Assembly: GCA_015059155.1 (NCBI GenBank)
Contig: SVAX01000003.1
Span: forward strand, 28,473-92,472
Source of the DNA: Bacillota bacterium
Lineage (GTDB): Bacteria; Bacillota_I; Bacilli_A; RF39; UBA660
DNA length: 64,000 bases
Direction: 5' to 3'
Every line of letters starts with the position of its first letter. Position 1 is the first letter of the stretch. Of the stretch, positions 1 through 8,314 are shown piece by piece. The notes under the pieces were generated by a model. It was not told the origin of the DNA. It saw only the letters and a list, made by a program, of their open reading frames with translations, and made no database searches. Position numbers and translations under genes: made by a program.

Positions 1-624
1 ACCCTTTTTATTTTTATTAATAATATCATCTACAAACTTAAATATATCTATATTAATATTTTCTACTACTATATCTTCTATATCTTTATTAGTTATAGTT
101 TTATCATCTATTTTATATATTTTTAATTTTTCTACTTCTTGATAAATCAATTCTAAATTATTTCCTACTCTATCAACAAGTAAATTAATAGTACTATCAC
201 TTATTTTATAATTTTCAAACATATTTTTTACAGTACTATTAATATTTTTTAAAGGATTAAATTCTTTTATAATTCCCTTTTCTTTTATTAATTTAACTAT
301 TTTTTTGACACTATCAATTTTTTCATTATTATTTATAAATATAATTATAGTATCACTTTTATTTTTTAAATAGTCTTCTAGTATTTCTACATTATCTATT
401 TTTTTATTTTGTGTCCTAGAAAATATATAAGCATTTTCTACTATTATTAGTTTATTATTAGAAAAAAGTGATACAGTATTTGCATCATCTAATATTTCAT
501 TTAAACTATTTAATTCTAAATCATATTTTGAAATATTAATTTCTTCTATGTTGTTTTTATTTATTATATTTTTAACTTCTTTATCTATTAAAAACAATTC
601 TTTCCCATATAATAAATAATTCAT
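1..624 (-). CDS. holA: DNA polymerase III delta subunit (HolA-like), 5' part; ORF runs off the window start
   Basis: Not in the ORF track because no stop lies in the window. ATG at 624-622 with AGGAAGTGA 4 nt upstream. All 208 minus-frame triplets down to position 1 were checked by eye with no stop. Translation MNYLLYGKELFLIDKEVKNI... has the usual HolA N-terminal pattern. Confidence 0.55.
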   Translation of the reverse strand, partial: MNYLLYGKELFLIDKEVKNIINKNNIEEINISKYDLELNSLNEILDDANTVSLFSNNKLIIVENAYIFSRTQNKKIDNVEILEDYLKNKSDTIIIFINNNEKIDSVKKIVKLIKEKGIIKEFNPLKNINSTVKNMFENYKISDSTINLLVDRVGNNLELIYQEVEKLKIYKIDDKTITNKDIEDIVVENINIDIFKFVDDIINKNKKG

Positions 625-642
625 TGTATCACTTCCTAATAT

Positions 643-1065
643 TTATAATATATCCAAACTTTTATCAATTAAAATATAACCTTCATGTGTAGTTGTACAA
701 AGTAAAATATTATTATTTTCATCATAAAAGGCAATATCATCTAGTCCAAAATCAGTTATTTCATTGTAATCTCCTTTTGTATATGAAATATAATATTTAC
801 AAAAAGTTTCAAATGTTTTTAAATAATTAAATAATTCTTTTGATGCTTTTATTTTAAATAATTTATTTTTAGCGTTTGTTTCTGTTCCCCACCATTTAGA
901 AACTATTTTTTTTGAAATAATATCATTTTTAAATTTATTAACTAATTCATTAGAATCTTTTTCATCAATTAATACAATTTCTATAAATTTAGATTTAGGT
1001 TCCAAATTATTCAAAATTTTTATATATTCTATATGTTCATTTAATTTTCCTGTATAATCAATCAT
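643..1065 (-). CDS. hypothetical protein (140 aa)
   Basis: ORF track; GAAGGTAG SD-like upstream; tightly packed between smc and holA; no recognisable motif. Confidence 0.6.
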   Translation of the reverse strand: MIDYTGKLNEHIEYIKILNNLEPKSKFIEIVLIDEKDSNELVNKFKNDIISKKIVSKWWGTETNAKNKLFKIKASKELFNYLKTFETFCKYYISYTKGDYNEITDFGLDDIAFYDENNNILLCTTTHEGYILIDKSLDIL

Positions 1066-1083
1066 ATAACTACCTTCAAATTA

Positions 1084-4026
1084 TTATTTCAATTCTTCTA
1101 ACTTAACGCTAACAAGTTTACTAACGCCTGATTCTTGCATTGTAATACCATATAAAACATCAACAAATTCCATAGTTTTCTTTTTATGTGTGATTACTAT
1201 AAATTGTGTTTTTTCTTTTAATTTACGAACATATTCACCAAACGCTTCAACGTTAACCTCATCTAAAGCTGCTTCAACTTCATCTAATATACAGAATGGT
1301 ACTGGTCTTGATTTAAGTATTGCGAATAAAAGACTTATTGCAGTAAATGTTTTTTCTCCACCAGATAGTAAACTAATACTTTTTAATGTTTTTCCTGGAG
1401 GACAAGCTTCTATTTCAATACCTGTTTCTAAAATATTACTAGTATCCGTAAGTTTAAGTGCTGCATGGCCACCTTTAAATAATTCTTTAAATGTAATACT
1501 AAAATTATCTTGAATTATTTTAAATGTTTTTAAGAATTCTTGTTTCATAACATTATCCATTTCTTCAATAATTTCAAGTAAAGTAGTTTCTGCTTTAGCA
1601 AGATCTTCTTGTTGGTGTATTAAGAATTCATATCTTTCACTTACTCTTTCATATTCTACTGGTGCCATTTCATTAACTGGGCCTAATTCTCTAATCTTTC
1701 TTTTTAATGAATTAACTTTATTTCTAGCAAGATTTATATCCATATCTAGTTTATATAGCTTAACAGCATTCTCATAAGTCATAGAATAAGTTTCATTTAA
1801 AGTATTAAGTAGGTTATCTAATTTTACATCAGCTCTATTTACTTCTATTTCTAAATCATGTAGTAAATTAGTTTTTTCATTGTATAAAGAATTTTCTTTC
1901 TTAATGTTAAATTCAAAATCATCTAACTCACTACTTAATCTAATTTTATTATTATTTAGTATTTCTAAATTAGATTCTATTTTTTGTTTTTCTTCTATAG
2001 CTTCATAATATTCTTTTAATATTAATTCTTCTTCATTATCAATAGTTTTATTTAAAGAATTATTAGTTCCATTTATTTCAATATTAATACTTTCTAATTT
2101 ACTATTTATATCTTTAATAGTGTTTTTTCTAGAATTAATAAACTCTTCTATAGAAAACTTTTCTTTGTTTGATAGATATAATTTATCTTCTACTGCTTTT
2201 AAATTATAATCTAATTTATTTATTTCGTTTTCTATATCTTTTTGTTCTTCAACTAATTTTTCTTGTAGTTTTAAATTATTTTCTAACTCATATTTATCAG
2301 TAATAACATTTCTAACTTTAATGTTACCACCAGTAAGAGATCCCCCTACGTGTAATACTTCACCATCAATAGTTACTACCCTATATTTATAATTAATTTT
2401 TTTACTAATTATATTAGCATTATCAATATTATCTACTACAATAACATTACCTAATTGATTTTTTATTATATTTTCATATCTATTTTCAAATTTAACTAAA
2501 TTACTAGCTGTATCAATAAAGCCTTGTTCATGTTTTAATATATTTAAAGTTTCGTTATCTATAAATTTTTCTTTAATAATATTTAAAGGAAAGAATGTAA
2601 CTCTACCCATATTATTATCTTTTAAATATTTAATTGCTTCTTTAGCACATATCTCATTATCTATAACAACATTATTTGAATTAGCACCCAATGTTATACT
2701 TATTGCTTTAGAGTATTTTTCTTCTACTTCTATTAAAGAACCAATAGAATTATGTATACCTCTTAATTTTGGATTTTCAAGCACATTTTTAACTGCATAA
2801 GGTAAAGTAGCATTATTATCTATATTTTCTTTTAAAGTGACTATTTTAGTATTTAAAACGCTTAAATTTCTAACAATATCATTTAACTTATATATTAAAT
2901 CAGACTTATCACCTTTTATATCAATAATATTACTTTCATATCCATCAATATCTTTTAAAATTCCTTTTAATTCATTTTCTTTAACAACTATTTCATTATT
3001 ATAAGCATTAATACTATTCTTTAAATTTAATTCATCTTCCTTTAACTTAATTAAGGTTTCATGTAACTTAGTATCTTCTACCTCATATTTTTTTCTTTCA
3101 AGAATTATTTGTTTTCTTGCATTTATCTTTTCTACTTTACTAGTCATATCAAGTAATTCATTTTGTAATTTTCTAATTTCATTATCAAGTTCATTTATTT
3201 TTAATTTATATGAACTAGTTTTAGCTTCATTACTACTATTATTAGTATTAAGTTTTAATATTTCATTATTTAATTCATCTATTTTATTTTTATTTTCTTG
3301 ATATTTATAATTAATATTAGTAATATCACTAGCTATTAATGATATTTCAAGTTCCTTTAATTCCTCATTTAAATTTATATATTCTAATGCTTTAATTTTT
3401 TGTTCTCTTAAAGGCTCTACTTGAACTTCTAACTCACTAATAATATCTTTAACTCTATTCATATTATCATGAGTTTTTTCTAATTTTCTTAAAGCTTCTT
3501 CTTTTCTTTTTTTATACTTCAATACACCAGCAGCTTCTTCAAAAATAACCCTTCTATTTTCAGGCTTACTAGATAATATATCTTCTATTTTACCTTGAGA
3601 AATTATGTTAAAAGATTCTTTAGCTATACCACTATCAATAAGTAAATTTTGTATATCCTTTAACCTACATTTTTCGCCGTTTAAGAAAAATTCATTAGTA
3701 CCATCTTTATATAATCTTCTTTTTATTGATACTTCATCAAAAGCTATATTTAAATAATTATCACTATTATTAAATATTAAAGTAACACTAGCATTATTCA
3801 TAGGATTTCTACTTTTACTACCAGCAAATATTACATCAGTCATATTACCATCACCACGAAGTGATTTTACTGATTGTTCACCAAGTACCCATCTTACTGC
3901 ATCTACTACATTACTCTTACCAGATCCATTAGGACCTACTATACCTGCTATATTATTATCTAAATCAATTACAGTGTTATCAGCAAATGATTTAAACCCT
4001 TGTGCGATTATTTTCTTTAAATACAT
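1084..4026 (-). CDS. smc: chromosome segregation protein SMC
   Basis: 980 aa. N-terminal Walker A GPNGSGKSN, long coiled coils, hinge, C-terminal signature LSGGEK and Walker B ILDEVEAALD. Confidence 0.95.
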   Translation of the reverse strand: MYLKKIIAQGFKSFADNTVIDLDNNIAGIVGPNGSGKSNVVDAVRWVLGEQSVKSLRGDGNMTDVIFAGSKSRNPMNNASVTLIFNNSDNYLNIAFDEVSIKRRLYKDGTNEFFLNGEKCRLKDIQNLLIDSGIAKESFNIISQGKIEDILSSKPENRRVIFEEAAGVLKYKKRKEEALRKLEKTHDNMNRVKDIISELEVQVEPLREQKIKALEYINLNEELKELEISLIASDITNINYKYQENKNKIDELNNEILKLNTNNSSNEAKTSSYKLKINELDNEIRKLQNELLDMTSKVEKINARKQIILERKKYEVEDTKLHETLIKLKEDELNLKNSINAYNNEIVVKENELKGILKDIDGYESNIIDIKGDKSDLIYKLNDIVRNLSVLNTKIVTLKENIDNNATLPYAVKNVLENPKLRGIHNSIGSLIEVEEKYSKAISITLGANSNNVVIDNEICAKEAIKYLKDNNMGRVTFFPLNIIKEKFIDNETLNILKHEQGFIDTASNLVKFENRYENIIKNQLGNVIVVDNIDNANIISKKINYKYRVVTIDGEVLHVGGSLTGGNIKVRNVITDKYELENNLKLQEKLVEEQKDIENEINKLDYNLKAVEDKLYLSNKEKFSIEEFINSRKNTIKDINSKLESINIEINGTNNSLNKTIDNEEELILKEYYEAIEEKQKIESNLEILNNNKIRLSSELDDFEFNIKKENSLYNEKTNLLHDLEIEVNRADVKLDNLLNTLNETYSMTYENAVKLYKLDMDINLARNKVNSLKRKIRELGPVNEMAPVEYERVSERYEFLIHQQEDLAKAETTLLEIIEEMDNVMKQEFLKTFKIIQDNFSITFKELFKGGHAALKLTDTSNILETGIEIEACPPGKTLKSISLLSGGEKTFTAISLLFAILKSRPVPFCILDEVEAALDEVNVEAFGEYVRKLKEKTQFIVITHKKKTMEFVDVLYGITMQESGVSKLVSVKLEELK

Positions 4027-4101
4027 ATTATCACCTTACTAACATTAATATTATATCAATAAAACACTTTAAAAACAAGAAAAAAGAGCAAAAGCCCTTA
4101 A

Positions 4102-4530
4102 TTATCTTCTTCTTTTTCTTTTTTCCGTATCTGTTCTGTAAATTGGGTTATTTTTATTTCTTAAATAAGAAGTATCAATATTAGGATCGAACATAGTTAA
4201 TGCCTCTTCTTCTGTACAAGAATAAAAAGTATCATCAACTACTTCATATAAAGATAAAACTTCAAATATTTGCATTTTAGCAGAATCTCTATCAAAATCT
4301 TCATAACAACTCAATACTTTTCCGTTATTATATTTAACCGAAAATAAATCAAATGTTTTATTGAATCTACCTATAAAAATTTCTTTATCTTTTAAAGTTA
4401 ATACTACATCATAAAATTCATTTTCCCTTAATTTGTATAACCCTTTACTTATCTTAATGTCTTGTCCTAGTTTTATTACATCTAATGGTTGTAATAATTT
4501 AGGCGTATTTATATTATTTTCTTTATTCAT
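4102..4530 (-). CDS. hypothetical protein, basic C-terminus
   Basis: ORF track 4102..4539 starts at a GTG with no spacing to the SD. The ATG at 4530 has AAAGGTGA 5 nt upstream, so the start was trimmed to it. Confidence 0.55.
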   Translation of the reverse strand: MNKENNINTPKLLQPLDVIKLGQDIKISKGLYKLRENEFYDVVLTLKDKEIFIGRFNKTFDLFSVKYNNGKVLSCYEDFDRDSAKMQIFEVLSLYEVVDDTFYSCTEEEALTMFDPNIDTSYLRNKNNPIYRTDTEKRKRRR

Positions 4531-5536
4531 GTACTTCACCTTTCATTAAATCACTATACACACCAATAAGTTTTTTACCAACCTTTTTAATATCTCTATC
4601 TAAAGCAACTTTATATCCTTCTTTAGTTATATTAGGTAGTTTACCTTCTAAAATCTTCTTTATTTTTATCTCAAAATCATCTATATCTTTAGCTTTATAT
4701 ACGTTTTTGCCATCTTCTAACCATTCACTAAATACAGGAATATCTCTAATTAATGATGGTATCTTAGCAGCACATGCTTCCATTATAGGAATTCCTTCCG
4801 TTTCTTCTAAAGTTGGAAATAAATATAAATCAGATCCACTGTAAGCACCTCTTAATACATTTGGCTCCACGTATCCAGCAAATACAAGATTATCTAATTT
4901 AGTATTAACAGCTTCTCTAATTTTATTTGGACTTGCAGCTAAGGGAGAATATCCAAACCATATGAATTTATATTCAGGCAATCTTTTAGCTAACTCAACA
5001 AAATCTAGTATTCCTTTTCTTTCTATATATAGCCCAACACCCATAATTATTTTGTCTGTCTTCTTATATCCAAAGTCTTTTCTAAATTTTTTTCCTAACT
5101 CTTCATTTTTTTCGAAAAACTTAATATTTATACCATTACTAATATCTATTATAGGATTTTTAATTCCATAATTTTTTAATAATTTTTTTGAATATGGAGT
5201 TGGAGTTAAAATAACATCCCCAAGTGTATAACATTTAATTAACCATTTTTTGAAAAGAGGCGCTACTTGATTAGAGAGTATAAAAGAATTTCTAAAATCT
5301 TCCTCTGTTGAATGGGCATGATAAACTATCTTTTTACCCTCTTTTTTTGCCTTTTTAGCAAGTGAATACGATTTAGGACCATAATAATTAATATGAACAA
5401 TATCATAATCATCTTTTGGATTAGTAGTATATTCAATATTGTTTTCATCTAAAGCCTTCATTTGATGTTTAATAGCTTTACCTAAACCTGACTTACCTAT
5501 CATTTTTTCATTTTCAGTGTATAATAAAACCTTCAT
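4523..5536 (-). CDS. glycosyltransferase family 4 (GT-B fold, glycolipid synthase-like)
   Basis: 337 aa with a typical GT4 layout, including the EGIPIMEA (E-x7-E region) motif near the C-terminus. Confidence 0.75.
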   Translation of the reverse strand: MKVLLYTENEKMIGKSGLGKAIKHQMKALDENNIEYTTNPKDDYDIVHINYYGPKSYSLAKKAKKEGKKIVYHAHSTEEDFRNSFILSNQVAPLFKKWLIKCYTLGDVILTPTPYSKKLLKNYGIKNPIIDISNGINIKFFEKNEELGKKFRKDFGYKKTDKIIMGVGLYIERKGILDFVELAKRLPEYKFIWFGYSPLAASPNKIREAVNTKLDNLVFAGYVEPNVLRGAYSGSDLYLFPTLEETEGIPIMEACAAKIPSLIRDIPVFSEWLEDGKNVYKAKDIDDFEIKIKKILEGKLPNITKEGYKVALDRDIKKVGKKLIGVYSDLMKGEVHE

Positions 5537-5569
5537 ATAATCACCATTTAAAGTATATCACAATTATTT

Positions 5570-5800
5570 TTAATAAACAACCCTAACTAGTATTACATCT
5601 TCTCCTATTTTTTCTATCTGATCCCATTTAATAGAAAATTCTTTTTTACTAGTAAAATATGAAATTAAAAATTTATGTTTTTCAACTATTAATCCTACAG
5701 CATTACCTTTTTCATCAATGTTTAAATCTATTATATTCCCAATATTCTTTCCATCTATTAAATTTATAATAGTTTTATTTTGTAATTCTGATAATCTCAC
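5570..5800 (-). CDS. ylmC: YlmC/YmxH family PRC-barrel sporulation protein
   Basis: 76 aa, MRLSELQNKTIINLIDGKNIGNIID..., the characteristic YlmC/YmxH N-terminus. GTG start with GGTGA SD. Confidence 0.8.
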   Translation of the reverse strand: MRLSELQNKTIINLIDGKNIGNIIDLNIDEKGNAVGLIVEKHKFLISYFTSKKEFSIKWDQIEKIGEDVILVRVVY

Positions 5801-5846
5801 AACATCACCAATATATTATATGAAAAAAAGGCTTACAATCGCCTAT

Positions 5847-6719
5847 TTATTTTATAATCTTTTTTGTTTTTAAAAAATTATTTATTCTATTTGAATTTTC
5901 TACATCCACATTTATAGCTTCTTTTTTTATATTAAAATCAAAACTTGTATTCTTTATAATTTCTCCATCTATATTGCAATTTAGAGGAACTAAAAAATTT
6001 ACATAAATAGAATCTGTTCTATAAAAATTAACCATATCGGATTCTATATGTTTAACTCTTATTAATTTTGATATTAAATTTATGATTTCTAATTTATTTA
6101 ACGACATAACATCGATTACATCAAACTTTCCATCATTTAACTTAGCAAGAGGTGCCATTTTAAATCCTCCACCATAGTATTTAGCATTACAAACAGTTAA
6201 TATTGTTAAATCTTTATTTATATCATCTATATCAATATTTATAGGTTTAAATAAAAAATATTCGTGTATTAAACTCAATATATAAATAAGTTTGCTTGGT
6301 AAATTATGTTTTTTTAATTCATTAGCATAATTAGCTATTTCTGCATCTAGTCCTAGTGAAGCAACATTAATGAAATATCTGTCATTCACCTTCCCTAAAT
6401 CAATTTTATTTTCTTTGAGATCTTTAAATGTTCTATAAAAATCATTGCCTGTACCAGAAGGTATAATACCTAATTTTATATTAGAATTAGCTATTCCATT
6501 AACAACTTCATTTAACGTACCATCACCACCTACACTAAAAATTGTAGATTCTTCATATTTTTTTAATCTAGCAGCAATTTCTTTTGCTTCATTTTTCCTA
6601 TTTGTATAAATAATTCTATACTTAACTTTAGTAGCCTTGCAATATTCTTCGATAGCTTTAATTGCTTTAATACTTTTACCATTTCCCGATATAGGATTTA
6701 CTATAAAGATAAAATTCAT
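5847..6719 (-). CDS. dagK: diacylglycerol kinase family lipid kinase
   Basis: IVNPISGNGK and GGDGT motifs. Start trimmed to MNFIFIV (GGGTGG SD upstream). Confidence 0.85.
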   Translation of the reverse strand: MNFIFIVNPISGNGKSIKAIKAIEEYCKATKVKYRIIYTNRKNEAKEIAARLKKYEESTIFSVGGDGTLNEVVNGIANSNIKLGIIPSGTGNDFYRTFKDLKENKIDLGKVNDRYFINVASLGLDAEIANYANELKKHNLPSKLIYILSLIHEYFLFKPINIDIDDINKDLTILTVCNAKYYGGGFKMAPLAKLNDGKFDVIDVMSLNKLEIINLISKLIRVKHIESDMVNFYRTDSIYVNFLVPLNCNIDGEIIKNTSFDFNIKKEAINVDVENSNRINNFLKTKKIIK

Positions 6720-6756
6720 ATAACCACCCATTTAATTATAACATAGTTAAATAAAT

Positions 6757-7533
6757 TTAACTAATTTTATTTTTAATATTATCAAGTGCGCTTTTTTCTA
6801 TTCTAGAAATCTGAGCTTGAGAGATCCCTATTTCACTAGCTAATTCCATTTGAGTTTTTCCAGTTATGTATCGCTCAATAATTATATATTTTTCCTTATC
6901 TTTTAAATCATTTATAGCTTCTTTCAAAGCTACTTTTTCATCTATATATTTCATATTATTGTTTTTATCTTCTATTTGATCTTGAAGATATATAGTATCT
7001 CCTCCATCATTATAAATAGGTTCTGAAATACTTAAAGTATCTTTCATGCTATCTAAAGCATTACTTACTTCAAATTCGGTTAATCCTAATCTTTCTGATA
7101 TTTCTTTAATACTAGGTTCCCTATTTAATTTATTAGTAAGTTCTTCTTTTATTTGAAAAGCATGATAAGCTATATCTTTAATACTTCTAGCTATCCTAAC
7201 ACTAGTATTATCTCTTAAATATCTTTTAACTTCCCCAAGTATCATAGGTACTGCATATGTTGAAAATTTTACATCAAAACTTAAATCAAAATTATCAATA
7301 GCTTTTATTAAACCTATACAACCTACTTGAAATAAATCATCCATATTATCACATCTATTATTATATCTCTTTAAAATACTCAAAACTAATTTTAAGTTCC
7401 CATTTACTAAATCTTCTTTAGCAAATTCATCCCCTTCTTTATATTTTTTAAATAATTCTACCATCTGTTCATTGCTTAAAACTTTTAAATTCGCAGTATT
7501 CACGCCACATATTTCAACCTTATGACGTGCCAT
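6757..7533 (-). CDS. sigG: sporulation sigma factor SigG
   Basis: 258 aa. MARHKVEICGV..., NGNLKLVLSI, DLFQVGCIGLIKAIDNFD, KFSTYAVPMILGE, EPIYNDGGD and ISQAQISRIEK are collinear with the B. subtilis SigG sequence as I recall it. Confidence 0.9.
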   Translation of the reverse strand: MARHKVEICGVNTANLKVLSNEQMVELFKKYKEGDEFAKEDLVNGNLKLVLSILKRYNNRCDNMDDLFQVGCIGLIKAIDNFDLSFDVKFSTYAVPMILGEVKRYLRDNTSVRIARSIKDIAYHAFQIKEELTNKLNREPSIKEISERLGLTEFEVSNALDSMKDTLSISEPIYNDGGDTIYLQDQIEDKNNNMKYIDEKVALKEAINDLKDKEKYIIIERYITGKTQMELASEIGISQAQISRIEKSALDNIKNKIS

Positions 7534-7671
7534 AATTATCTCCTTTCATTTTATAATGAACAGGAGCTCTTTGTTTTAAACAAATTTCTTATTATTGCTT
7601 GTAAAATAAGGGTTAAAAAGGCAAATGCTACAGCTTTCAACCTTATGACGTGCCATAATTATCTCCTTTCA
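7512..7671. repeat. perfect 37-bp direct repeat (7512-7548 and 7635-7671) duplicating the sigG SD plus its first 7 codons
   Basis: TTTCAACCTTATGACGTGCCATAATTATCTCCTTTCA read twice on the plus strand, 123 bp apart. Confidence 0.95.
7576..7656 (-). CDS. upstream ORF (26 aa, MARHKVESCSICLFNPYFTSNNKKFV) created by the duplicated sigG initiation region
   Basis: Same SD (GAAAGGAG) and first 7 codons as sigG; stops 40 nt before the sigG SD. Whether it is translated is unknown. Confidence 0.3.
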   Translation of the reverse strand: MARHKVESCSICLFNPYFTSNNKKFV

Positions 7672-7774
7672 AGATAATTATAATTAAATATTATTTTTTC
7701 AAACGGCAAAGTTGCGAAATCAATATATTTGTGATAAAATGTATTTAGTGAAGGAAACTTCATATAATATAAAA

Positions 7775-7858
7775 GGAACACTTAATATTGCTTTGTTGAG
7801 TGTTACCCAATAAATTGTGTAGCACCTAATTCAATGCTGAGTTAGGTGCCTTTTATTT
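7775..7858 (+). ncRNA. candidate antisense RNA (antitoxin-like) of small-ORF module 1
   Basis: TATAAT at 7763-7768. Hairpin AACACTTAA/TTGAGTGTT, then hairpin GCACCTAA(7822-7829)/TTAGGTGC(7842-7849) plus a T-run. Ends are approximate. Confidence 0.55.
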
Positions 7859-7942
7859 TAGTATTACAAAAAGTAACGCTATAAGCAAAAGGATGATAAT
7901 GATTAAAGAACAGATAAAAAAATCTTTCTTACTCACAAGCAT
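7853..7942 (-). CDS. small hydrophobic peptide (type I toxin-like), M(LV)SKKDFFICSLIIIILLLIALLFVILK
   Basis: TTGATA(8028-8023)-17 nt-TATAAT(8005-8000) promoter; GGAGG at 7949-7945. The ATG at 7942 is only 2 nt from the SD, so the in-frame GTG at 7936 (8-nt spacing) is the likelier start. One TM-length hydrophobic stretch. Confidence 0.55.
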   Translation of the reverse strand: MLVSKKDFFICSLIIIILLLIALLFVILK

Positions 7943-8051
7943 CACCTCCTATCTATTAAGATAGAGGTAGCACCCAACTATTAAATGTTCCTACATATAA
8001 TTATATCAAACATACATTCATATATCAATAGTATATGAATTTTTTTAAAAC

Positions 8052-8075
8052 AAAAAAAGTAGATTTAAATCTACT
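8052..8075 (-). terminator. intrinsic terminator after the xre-like gene
   Basis: Palindrome AGTAGATTTAAATCTACT followed by a U-run on the minus strand. Confidence 0.6.
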
Positions 8076-8298
8076 ATATTTTTTTAATAGTTTTTTCTGC
8101 CAGTATAGATATATTTAATTTTTCAGTTATTTCTTTTAATAAAGAAATTTTATAATTTATTTTTCCTGATTCGTAATCTTGTATAGTTCTTTCAGACTTA
8201 TTTAATAATTTAGCAAATTCTTTTTGTGTTAATCCTGACCATTCTCTTATTGACCTTATAAAGAAACCTTGATCATATTCTTTTAAATTTATTCTCAT
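8074..8298 (-). CDS. XRE-family helix-turn-helix protein (74 aa)
   Basis: GLTQKEFAKLLNKSERTIQDYESG HTH motif. Paralog of 41084..41299. Confidence 0.8.
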   Translation of the reverse strand: MRINLKEYDQGFFIRSIREWSGLTQKEFAKLLNKSERTIQDYESGKINYKISLLKEITEKLNISILAEKTIKKI

Positions 8299-8314
8299 AT
8301 TATACCTTAAATAT

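Noticed and set aside
7673-7760. SigF/SigG-type promoter upstream of sigG and of its duplicated initiation region.
   Set aside because: GCATT-like -35 candidates exist, but none has a properly spaced -10 (CATnnTA / GGnnAnAnT).
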